Below are positions 1 to 6,751 of a stretch of 15,207 bases of DNA, one piece after another. Both the position numbers and the translations under genes were made by a program. The notes beneath the pieces were generated by a model. That model saw only the letters and a list, made by a program, of their open reading frames with translations. It did not search any database and was not told where the DNA came from. Each line of letters starts with the position of its first letter. The first letter of the stretch is position 1. Source of the stretch: an uncultured Deinococcales bacterium (lineage in GTDB: Bacteria; Deinococcota; Deinococci; Deinococcales; JAAFIG01); assembly GCA_964244895.1 (NCBI GenBank), contig CAXTKV010000129.1, positions 1 to 15,207 of the forward strand. The letters run 5' to 3'.

Positions 1-404
1 GAAGACTGTACGCTCTTGATTTCAGCCTTCAATCGTTCAGCCGTCTGCCCCTGTTCGCGTTGCGCGGTTAGCTGGGCTTTCTTGAGGTCCTCTTCCAGGC
101 CGCCGAGTTGCGCCCCAAGATCGGTCTCGAGCGAGCCGATCTTGGTTTCCAGCTCGCGTTCCAGAGCGTTGTTGCGCTTTTTCATGGCGCTTTCCAGCGT
201 TTCGAGTTTGTCCATCACGGCGTTCCGCAACGATTCCAGTTCCGCCGCGACGCGCTCGTCCAGGGCGTTCAGACGGGTTTCCAGCGCCCTGGTCTGCGCG
301 CCGAACAGGATGTCGCGCACCTGGTCGAGGCTGGCGATTTCTTCGGGGTTGGACTGCGGTTTGACGCCGTTCAGATCGCGGGCCGGGTTTTTTGGACTGG
401 GCAT
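1..404 (-). CDS. Coiled-coil hypothetical protein, 3' end runs off the window
   Basis: Manually translated; absent from the ORF track because no stop lies in the window. ATG at 404-402 with GGAG about 7 nt upstream. Reads MPSPKNPARDLNGVKPQSNPEEIASLDQVRDILFGAQTRALETRLNALDERVAAELESLRNAVMDKLETLESAMKKRNNALERELETKIGSLETDLGAQLGGLEEDLKKAQ..., which is heptad-like and L/E/K-rich. Confidence 0.85.
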   Translation of the reverse strand, partial: MPSPKNPARDLNGVKPQSNPEEIASLDQVRDILFGAQTRALETRLNALDERVAAELESLRNAVMDKLETLESAMKKRNNALERELETKIGSLETDLGAQLGGLEEDLKKAQLTAQREQGQTAERLKAEIKSVQS

Positions 405-447
405 CGGTGTCTCCGTGTGGGGCGGGATTTGATGAGGGTTGGTGAGG

Positions 448-453
448 ATCATA
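448..453 (-). promoter_or_regulatory. Putative -10 element (TATGAT) for the coiled-coil gene
   Basis: Near-consensus -10 about 44 nt upstream of the ATG at 404; no convincing -35. Confidence 0.45.
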
Positions 454-556
454 CTCCGATTCAAAGCGGCATTCCGAGCGTTCGCGCGTATCAGACGCAC
501 CAGAAGCCCTTCTGGGGTCGGGAGCCGGAAGGAAGCGGCTCGGGCGATGATTCAGC

Positions 557-612
557 AAGACCGTCCAGCACAGCTTTTCTGTCATGACAGATATTGCGTC
601 CAGGACGGTCTT
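557..612. repeat. ACCGTCC-family inverted pair
   Basis: AAGACCGTCC (557-566) ... GGACGGTCTT (603-612), with an internal palindrome TCTGTCATGACAGA (578-591). Confidence 0.85.
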
Positions 613-717
613 CCCCGTTGGGTTCGAGGGAAAAAGGCCGATCCGGATCGGCCAAAATTCGGGCTGGATCACGGAGAATGTGTCTGACGCCTTGCACTGT
701 TTCGGAATGCGGCGGAG

Positions 718-723
718 TACAGT
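718..723 (+). promoter_or_regulatory. -10 element (TACAGT) 7 nt before ATG 731, suggesting a leaderless start
   Basis: TAnnnT-N7-ATG arrangement, repeated at several genes in this window. Confidence 0.55.
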
Positions 724-730
724 TCCGGAC

Positions 731-1585
731 ATGGCCCAGCCCAATCGGACTGTCCAGGAAGCCGAAAGCCTATATCGGCGTTCCCTCAAACCCCGTCCTC
801 GCACCGAGTGGATCAGCCAGTACATCTTCAGGCCGCTCGCGCACCAGGTGGTGCGGGTGCTGCTGCCGTTGCGCGTGCCACCGACGGCGCTGGTCGCGTT
901 CCACACGCTTCTGGGCGTGATCGCAGGTGGCCTGATTGCGCAGGGGAACCTGCTAACGGCAGCCCTGCTGATTCAGATCAAGACCGCGCTGGACAACGCC
1001 GATGGGCAGCTCGCGCGGGCGTCCGGGATGGTCACGGAAACCGGGCGGTACATGGACACCGAAGGCGACCTGGTCGTCAATGCCGCCATTTTCTGGGGTC
1101 TTGGCGCGCTGACTGGACAGGGGGTGCTGGCGTTGGTGGCGTTCGTGGTGCTGACCGTCTTCCTGAGCGCCGATTTCAATTTCGAGTACCTGTACCGCAA
1201 GGAGCGCCAGGAGTATTTCCGACCCGCGCCGGATACATCCAATGAAAACCAGGCCGTACTGCGCGGTCTGGAATGGTTTTACGGCGCGTTCTTCAAGCCT
1301 CAGGATCTGGGCATTCGCGCATTTTCTGAGGCGCGTTTCAACTCGATCTCGAGCCGCTTTCCGAACGCTCAGAACGTCCCAGCGGCGCGGCTGGCGTACT
1401 TCGAGGCGGATTCTTTATTCGTGCTGGCCAACCTGGAATTGTCCACGCAACTGTTGGTGCTGGGCGTGCTCCTGGTGCTGGGCGTTCCCGCGCTCTACTT
1501 GTGGTTCGTGATCGCCTGCGGCGCGGCGCTGGTGGCGCTTCAACTCCGGCGCGAACGGTTGGCGGCGCGGGTGCTGGCGGGGTGA
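731..1585 (+). CDS. CDP-alcohol phosphatidyltransferase family protein
   Basis: Family signature DNADGQLARASGMVTETGRYMDTEGD (DxxDGxxAR...GxxxDxxxD) and several TM segments. Start moved from 584 to ATG 731 because 584-612 lies in an intergenic repeat. Confidence 0.9.
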   Translation: MAQPNRTVQEAESLYRRSLKPRPRTEWISQYIFRPLAHQVVRVLLPLRVPPTALVAFHTLLGVIAGGLIAQGNLLTAALLIQIKTALDNADGQLARASGMVTETGRYMDTEGDLVVNAAIFWGLGALTGQGVLALVAFVVLTVFLSADFNFEYLYRKERQEYFRPAPDTSNENQAVLRGLEWFYGAFFKPQDLGIRAFSEARFNSISSRFPNAQNVPAARLAYFEADSLFVLANLELSTQLLVLGVLLVLGVPALYLWFVIACGAALVALQLRRERLAARVLAG

Positions 1586-1606
1586 GGGGTGTCTCGAGCA
1601 TTACGG

Positions 1607-1655
1607 AAGACCGTCCGGGACGCTGTTTTTCGAGATCACGAACCACCGTCCAGCA
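1607..1655 (+). repeat. Two same-orientation ACCGTCC-family half elements
   Basis: AAGACCGTCCGGGACG (1607-1622) and CACCGTCCAGCA (1644-1655), followed by the hairpin GCCGTAA-N6-TTACGGC (1660-1679). Confidence 0.7.
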
Positions 1656-1733
1656 GGACGCCGTAAGCCCGGTTACGGCTCGAAACTGGATCAGGATGGA
1701 CAATGCGCGAGCCCGAGATCGCTCAACTCGGGC

Positions 1734-2177
1734 ATGGAGCACGATGTGACCGAAAGACGCTACCCAATTCCCGCCGTGGCCGCGCTGATCGCCGCCCCAG
1801 ACGACCGCGTGCTGATCGTGCGCACGGGCAAATGGAGCGGCCTGTGGGGCGTTCCCGGCGGCAAAGTGGAATACGGCGAAGGGCTGGAGCACGCGCTCCG
1901 GCGCGAGATGCTCGAGGAAGTCGGGCTGGAGTTGCACGACCTGCATTTCGCGTTCAACAGCGAATTGATCGAGGACGAGAAGTTCCACAAACCCATGCAT
2001 TTTATCTCGATGGAGTACCTGGCGCGTGCGGCGCACACGACCATCACCACCGATGGCGAGGTCGAGGAATGGGCCTGGGTCAGCCTGAAGGACGCCTTCG
2101 AGTACCCGGTCAACCGCTACACGCGCAAGCTTCTGGAATACGCGCAGCATCGAGGCTGGCCGGAGAAACATGACTGA
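1734..2177 (+). CDS. Nudix hydrolase (candidate dihydroneopterin-triphosphate pyrophosphatase)
   Basis: Complete Nudix box GGKVEYGEGLEHALRREMLEEVG. Alternative start GTG 1746 follows GGAG. Overlaps the start of the next gene (2170-2177). Confidence 0.9.
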   Translation: MEHDVTERRYPIPAVAALIAAPDDRVLIVRTGKWSGLWGVPGGKVEYGEGLEHALRREMLEEVGLELHDLHFAFNSELIEDEKFHKPMHFISMEYLARAAHTTITTDGEVEEWAWVSLKDAFEYPVNRYTRKLLEYAQHRGWPEKHD

Positions 2178-2904
2178 GAACGCGCAGGGCAAGAACCGCG
2201 CCGCGCTGGTGACGGGTTCCGGCAAGGGCATCGGGCGCGGCATCGCGCTGGCGCTGGCGCGAGCGGGCTACGACGTGGCGATCCACTACCGCACGTCCTT
2301 CGACGAAGCCGAAGCCGTCAGGCTCGAGGCGGAATCTTTCGGGGTTCGCGCGGTGGCCCTCAAGGCCGACGTGACCGACCCGAACGAGGCCGAAAAGCTC
2401 ATAGACGGCGCCATCGCGGCCTTTGGGCGTTTGGACGCGTTAATCAACAACGTCGGCAATTACGTGCGAAAACCCTTGCTCGATCTCGAGATCGAGGAAT
2501 GGAAAGACATGTTCGATTCCAACCTGAACGCGACCTTCTACACCTGCCGCGCGGCCATTCCCTCGATGCGGGCGGCGCACTACGGGCGGATCGTCAACAT
2601 CGGGTACGCCGGGGCGCGCAATTTATTGTCCAGGCCCGGAATCGTGCCGTACGCCATCGCCAAGACGGGCGTGGATTTGCTGACCAAAGCCATCGCCAAA
2701 ACCGAAATCGAGCGCGGCATCACCGCCAACGTGGTCGCGCCCGGCGTGATCGAGAACAGCATCACCAAGCCCACCTCCGAGATCCCGGCTGGTCGCGTGG
2801 GGCGCATCGAGGAAGTGGCGGGCGCGGTGCTGTATTTCCTGTCCGATGCCGCCGAGTACGTGACCGGGCAGACCCTGGAGGTCGCCGGTGGCTGGAACCT
2901 GTAA
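2170..2904 (+). CDS. tmpR: SDR-family dihydropteridine/dihydrofolate reductase, TmpR-like
   Basis: TGSGKGIG, NNVG and YAIAK (YxxxK) SDR motifs. AIHYRTS, GYAGARNLL and C-terminal TGQTLEVAGGWNL resemble the Thermus thermophilus SDR pteridine reductase as I recall it. Adjacent to folE2. Confidence 0.8.
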   Translation: MTENAQGKNRAALVTGSGKGIGRGIALALARAGYDVAIHYRTSFDEAEAVRLEAESFGVRAVALKADVTDPNEAEKLIDGAIAAFGRLDALINNVGNYVRKPLLDLEIEEWKDMFDSNLNATFYTCRAAIPSMRAAHYGRIVNIGYAGARNLLSRPGIVPYAIAKTGVDLLTKAIAKTEIERGITANVVAPGVIENSITKPTSEIPAGRVGRIEEVAGAVLYFLSDAAEYVTGQTLEVAGGWNL

Positions 2905-2954
2905 AACGCCGTTCACCACGCATTTTTTGATTCGCCCCCCGGACGGTGTTGTTG

Positions 2955-2960
2955 TAGAAT
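2955..2960 (+). promoter_or_regulatory. Putative -10 element (TAGAAT) for the folE2 transcript
   Basis: Near-consensus -10 just after tmpR. TTGATT (2927-2932) is too far (22 nt) to be a canonical -35. Confidence 0.5.
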
Positions 2961-2966
2961 CGATCG

Positions 2967-3324
2967 CGCACCCGAACCCCAGTTCTCGAGATGGCGGTGA
3001 TCTCGAGAACGCGTACTCGATCCTGACCGTTCGTCGTGACCGTCCGAGACACGTTTCAAAGAACCCGATCGCGCTGAGCTAAAACGCCGCGCAGGACACG
3101 ACTCACGGCAGATCGGCAACGTGTCTGAAGCGTGGGATACACGAAACCTGTACCGCGCAGGACTGTCCGAAACGCATTCTTCGCGCATCATTGCGTTCGC
3201 GCCAGAACACTGGCGCGCACCGACCGGCCCTCAACATTCGCCCCCAATCACTGTCGTGACTTCACGAGGTTGCACGACGGTGGAACCCCGCCAGGCGCAT
3301 TTCCTGGCGAGAAAGAGGTTCTTC
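2967..3324 (+). promoter_or_regulatory. Long structured 5' leader of folE2 (candidate cis-regulatory RNA)
   Basis: Hairpins at 2982-3010, 3198-3217 and about 3249-3282, plus GAACC-CCGCCAGG/CCTGGCG...GGTTC (3283-3321) enclosing the AAAGAGG RBS. No known riboswitch consensus recognised. Confidence 0.45.
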
Positions 3325-4362
3325 ATGAATTCGCAAATCCTCGATTCAACGCTGGTCGATTCCTCGAACTTCACCGCCCGCAAGAACACCGCCCTGAAAA
3401 AGGCGTACCTCTTCGAGAACACGTCGGGTGCGCAACCCGTGATCGCGCGGCGTTACGACCGCGATTTCCGACCGGACGCCGACTACATCGCCTCGCTGCC
3501 CGACATGACCGAGACTGTGAACGCCATCGAGGGCGCGAACGTCCCGATTCAGCAGGTCGGCATTCACGGCTTCAAGCTGCCCCTCAAATTTGCCGCCCGC
3601 GACGGCGAAACCCTGACGCTCGAGGCGAAAATTACGGGAACCGTGTCTTTGGAGATGGACAAAAAAGGCATCAACATGAGCCGCATCATCCGGCGGTTCT
3701 ACGCGCACAAATCAGAGGTCTTCGGGCTGAACACCCTGGAAGGCATCCTGCGCGATTACGCCGCGAACATCGGCGGGTTCCAGGCCCGGTTGAAGGTCGC
3801 CTTCAGCTTCCCGATGATCGCGCCCAGCCTGCGCTCCGGCCTGGAGGGCTACCAGTTTTACAGCGCCAACTACGAGGCCACGATTGACCGCAACGGGCGC
3901 ATCCGCAGGTTCGTGGAACTGGATTTCGTGTACTCATCGGCCTGCCCGTGCAGCGCGGAGCTGGCGGAGCACGCCCGCGAAAACCGCGACGCCTACGCCA
4001 TCCCGCACAGCCAGCGCAGCAAGGCCCGCGTCAAGGTCGAGGTCATGCCCGACATGGACTTGACCTTGGAGGATCTGGTCGAGCACCTGCGCGAGGCCCT
4101 CAAGACCGAAACCCAGGTGATGGTCAAACGCGAGGATGAGCAAGCCTTCGCGGAAATGAACGGCGCCTACGTCAAATTCGTCGAGGACGCCGCACGGTTG
4201 GTGTTCGAGCAGCTCAACACCGACGCCCGCATCCGCGATTTTCAGGTCGCCTGCTCTCACCTCGAAAGCCTGCACAGCCACGACGCGGTCAGCGTGATCG
4301 CCAAGGGCGTTCAGGGCGGCTTCCAGGCTGATTTTTCCGAGTTCGGCCAGCTCGTCTGCTGA
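3325..4362 (+). CDS. folE2: GTP cyclohydrolase IB (FolE2)
   Basis: Motifs [46 protein letters not shown] and [11 protein letters not shown] 3325 follows the AGAGG RBS; the ORF-track start at 3121 lies inside the leader. Confidence 0.95.
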   Translation: MNSQILDSTLVDSSNFTARKNTALKKAYLFENTSGAQPVIARRYDRDFRPDADYIASLPDMTETVNAIEGANVPIQQVGIHGFKLPLKFAARDGETLTLEAKITGTVSLEMDKKGINMSRIIRRFYAHKSEVFGLNTLEGILRDYAANIGGFQARLKVAFSFPMIAPSLRSGLEGYQFYSANYEATIDRNGRIRRFVELDFVYSSACPCSAELAEHARENRDAYAIPHSQRSKARVKVEVMPDMDLTLEDLVEHLREALKTETQVMVKREDEQAFAEMNGAYVKFVEDAARLVFEQLNTDARIRDFQVACSHLESLHSHDAVSVIAKGVQGGFQADFSEFGQLVC

Positions 4363-4385
4363 AGTTCGTCGGACGCAATTTTCGC

Positions 4386-4413
4386 GAGCCTTCTCGAGCC
4401 ACCGGGAAGGCTC
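4386..4413 (+). terminator. Hairpin downstream of folE2, possible terminator
   Basis: GAGCCTTCTCG/CGGGAAGGCTC 11-bp stem (one G-U) with no clear U-tract. Confidence 0.4.
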
Positions 4414-4465
4414 ACCTGGTTTCCGAAGCCGCGCCCTTCCGGAGCGATCTGTCGCGCCCGCGCTC

Positions 4466-4517
4466 GAGAACACCGTCCAGTGCACAAACGATAAAACACG
4501 TGCTGGACGGTGTTCTC
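4466..4517. repeat. ACCGTCC-family inverted pair
   Basis: Perfect 15-bp arms GAGAACACCGTCCAG / CTGGACGGTGTTCTC with a 22-nt spacer. Confidence 0.9.
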
Positions 4518-4573
4518 TGAGCTCGAGCAGTCAGCCGGAGCGTGCCCAACGCGCGACCAGGCTCATGCTCGCC

Positions 4574-4582
4574 TGGTACGAT
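4574..4582 (+). promoter_or_regulatory. Extended -10 (TGgTACGAT) 7 nt before GTG 4590, suggesting a leaderless start
   Basis: TGnTAnnnT-N7-GTG, in frame with the LptF/G ORF. Confidence 0.6.
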
Positions 4583-4589
4583 GCCCGCC

Positions 4590-5717
4590 GTGGCGCAGCC
4601 CGTCGTGACCAAACTCGAGAAATCGATCGCGCGCGAATTCCTGCTGACCTTCGCGGTCGGCGCGGGCCTGTACCTGTTCTTGTTCCTGTTCTTTTCGCTG
4701 GCCGGGCGCGGGCAATTCCTGGGCGCGCTTCCAGTCAACAAGACCCTGGAATGGCTGGCGTACCAGGTTCCGGCCAACCTGGTGCAATCCTTTCCCCTCG
4801 CGATGGTCTTCGCCGTGATGCTGGCCTTCGGGCGGCTGGCGCGCGATCACGAGTTGCTGGCCGCCATGACGGGCGGCGTCAGCCTGGCGCGGGCCGTGCG
4901 TCCGATCATCGCGTTCGGCGCGGTGCTGGTGGCGGTGGGCTTGCTGCTGGCGCAATTCGTGGTGCCGGTCGCCAACCGGAAGGTCTCCGTGACCTGGTGG
5001 GATTCGGTCGGCGGCGGTGGGCTGGCCTTGAAGCGCTTGCAGGGCAGAACCGTGCAGATCGGGGAGTACCTGATCCGTTTCGAGGGTTTCGATCCGGCCA
5101 GCCAAGAACTCCGCGACGTGCGCCTGGAATTCTGGCAGGGCCGCACGATCACGGTCTACACGGCCAGAACCGCCACGCTGGAACGTTCGGGCATCGTGCT
5201 GAAAGATTCGTTGGGAACCAGCGTGGATTTTTCGAGGTTCCCGGTTCCAGAAAATCCCGATCCGGCCTTCCTGGCAAGCCTGGTGACGCTGACCAACCCG
5301 GTTCCGGGCAGGCTCAGGATCGAACTCGGGCAGTCCAGGGAAGAGACCATCGCGCGCAACGCAGGCGGCGGTTTCGAGGACGCGCGCAGCCTCTCGCAAC
5401 TCTGGCGCGAGTACGCCAGTGCCAGCGGCCCGAGCCGCGTCGAACCCGCCGTCAGTCTGGGCGCGGCCACCGCGCGGCCCTTCTCGAGCCTGATCATCTT
5501 GCTGATGGTGATCCCGTTGGCGGCGTCCACCACGCGTTCGATCGGTGTGGCCTTCGGGTTGGCGGCAGTCGTGACGATTCTGTACTTCTTCGCGGTGCAG
5601 GTCGGGCAGGTGCTGGGCTTGCAGGGGTTCGTGCCGCCGATCCTGGGGCCGTGGCTGGCCAACCTGGCCTTCGCGGCGTGCGGCGTGTGGTTGATCCGCC
5701 GCGAGCAGACGCGCTAA
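4590..5717 (+). CDS. LptF/LptG (YjgP/YjgQ) family permease
   Basis: 3 TM + periplasmic domain + 3 TM architecture. FGRLARDHELLAAMTGGVSLAR and PPILGPWLANLAF are typical of the family. Confidence 0.9.
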   Translation: MAQPVVTKLEKSIAREFLLTFAVGAGLYLFLFLFFSLAGRGQFLGALPVNKTLEWLAYQVPANLVQSFPLAMVFAVMLAFGRLARDHELLAAMTGGVSLARAVRPIIAFGAVLVAVGLLLAQFVVPVANRKVSVTWWDSVGGGGLALKRLQGRTVQIGEYLIRFEGFDPASQELRDVRLEFWQGRTITVYTARTATLERSGIVLKDSLGTSVDFSRFPVPENPDPAFLASLVTLTNPVPGRLRIELGQSREETIARNAGGGFEDARSLSQLWREYASASGPSRVEPAVSLGAATARPFSSLIILLMVIPLAASTTRSIGVAFGLAAVVTILYFFAVQVGQVLGLQGFVPPILGPWLANLAFAACGVWLIRREQTR

Positions 5718-5755
5718 AATAACCGTAGGACGGCTAAAATCGTCATCTCGAGAAG

Positions 5756-5770
5756 ACCGTCTGAGACGGT
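5756..5770. repeat. Compact palindrome related to the ACCGTCC family
   Basis: ACCGTCT-G-AGACGGT in the convergent lptF/G-fdhD gap. Confidence 0.6.
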
Positions 5771-5899
5771 GCTCCATTCGCGGTCATCGCGTTGCTGCCA
5801 GTGCCCACGACTTCGGAAGGCGCTGGGGGCGTGTGAAAGATCTAGCGGAGGGCTGGCCCACCGCTCGAGCGTTCAGAATTCCCGCGATGGCTCGAGACC

Positions 5900-5937
5900 C
5901 CGTCTGGGACGCACCGCTGGATTCGCGTCCCGGACGG
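5900..5937. repeat. ACCGTCC-family inverted pair next to the fdhD stop, possible terminator role
   Basis: CCGTCTGGGACGC / GCGTCCCGGACGG 13-bp stem with one wobble. Confidence 0.75.
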
Positions 5938-5946
5938 TGTTCCCTT

Positions 5947-6741
5947 TCACGCGATCCGTCTCACACCGCTGTAGAGGTTGAACCGTTCGCCGCGCAAGAA
6001 TCCGATCATCGTCAGGTCGTACTCGAGCGCCAACTCGACCGCCAGGCTGGACGGCGCACCGACGGCGCAGAGGATCGGGATGCGGGCCGCGATGCATTTT
6101 TGCGCGATCTCGAAACCGATCCGACCGGAGACGAGCGCGACCGCGTTCTCGAGCGGCAAGCCCTCCAGGAGCGCGTGCCCGACGAGTTTGTCGAAGGCGT
6201 TGTGCCGCCCGATGTCCTCGCGAATCGCGATCAGGCGGCCCGCATCGTCGAAGAGCGCGGCGGCGTGCAGTCCGCCCGTGGCGTCGAACACGTCCTGAGC
6301 GGCGCGGAGTCTGTCCGGCATCCGGTAGACCGTGGCGGGCGCAACCGATGCGCCGGGCTCGAGCCGCGCGAAACCGAGGTTGCGCAAACGCTCCAGGCTG
6401 GCCGTGCCGCACACGCCGCAGGCGCTCGAGGTCGGGTGCAGGCGCGGCTCGAAACTGGGCGCGCCGTTCACGCGGGCGTCGATCCGGTTGCGCTCGTCGT
6501 CCGCGTGCCAGACGGAGATCAGATCGGATCGGGATTTCAAGATCCCTTCCGAGATCAGAAAGCCGGTGGCCAGTTCCGCGTCGTGACCGGGCGTGCGCAT
6601 CGTGACGGTCAGCGTCTCGAGGCCGCGCGCGGTGCTCAGGCGAATCTCCAAGGGTTCCTCGATGGCGAGCACATCGGCGCGTTCGGTCCGAACGCCGGAA
6701 TCGAAGGTCACGATCCTGGCGGGTGACTCGCCCTGGTTCAC
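5947..6741 (-). CDS. fdhD: Formate dehydrogenase accessory sulfurtransferase FdhD
   Basis: EEPLEIRL, TMRTPGHDAELATGFL, SSACGVCG, TGGLHAAALF and EDIGRHNAFDKLVG. Start GTG 6741 is preferred; 6765 is possible. Confidence 0.95.
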   Translation of the reverse strand: MNQGESPARIVTFDSGVRTERADVLAIEEPLEIRLSTARGLETLTVTMRTPGHDAELATGFLISEGILKSRSDLISVWHADDERNRIDARVNGAPSFEPRLHPTSSACGVCGTASLERLRNLGFARLEPGASVAPATVYRMPDRLRAAQDVFDATGGLHAAALFDDAGRLIAIREDIGRHNAFDKLVGHALLEGLPLENAVALVSGRIGFEIAQKCIAARIPILCAVGAPSSLAVELALEYDLTMIGFLRGERFNLYSGVRRIA

Positions 6742-6751
6742 CGCCGCACGC

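Noticed and set aside
37..906. 289-aa minus-strand ORF, and plus-strand ORFs 16..432 and 108..587
   Set aside because: Wrong-frame or antisense readings over the coiled-coil gene and intergenic repeat; low-complexity R/P/S-rich translations.
3025..3053. THF-II (folE motif) riboswitch, prompted by CCGTTC...GAGAC
   Set aside because: Lacks the CCGTTCAACTC/ACGGGAGAC pairing, overlaps an ACCGTCC repeat copy, and lies far from the RBS.
3205..3300. ZTP (pfl) or SAH riboswitch, prompted by ACTGGCG, GTCGTGACT and CGCCAGGC fragments
   Set aside because: The fragments are in the wrong order or context. The CGCCTGGGC 3' hairpin (ZTP) and the GAGGAGCG core (SAH) are absent.
3314..3322. preQ1-I-like AGAGGTTCT
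   Set aside because: This is the RBS region directly before the ATG, with no closing stem or A-rich tail.
4563..5777. Long alternative ORFs over lptF/G, and similar ones at 5833..6726, 9162..10067, 11242..12471, 12483..13613 and 13070..14479
   Set aside because: All overlap well-supported genes in other frames and have Arg/Gly/Ala-rich shadow composition.
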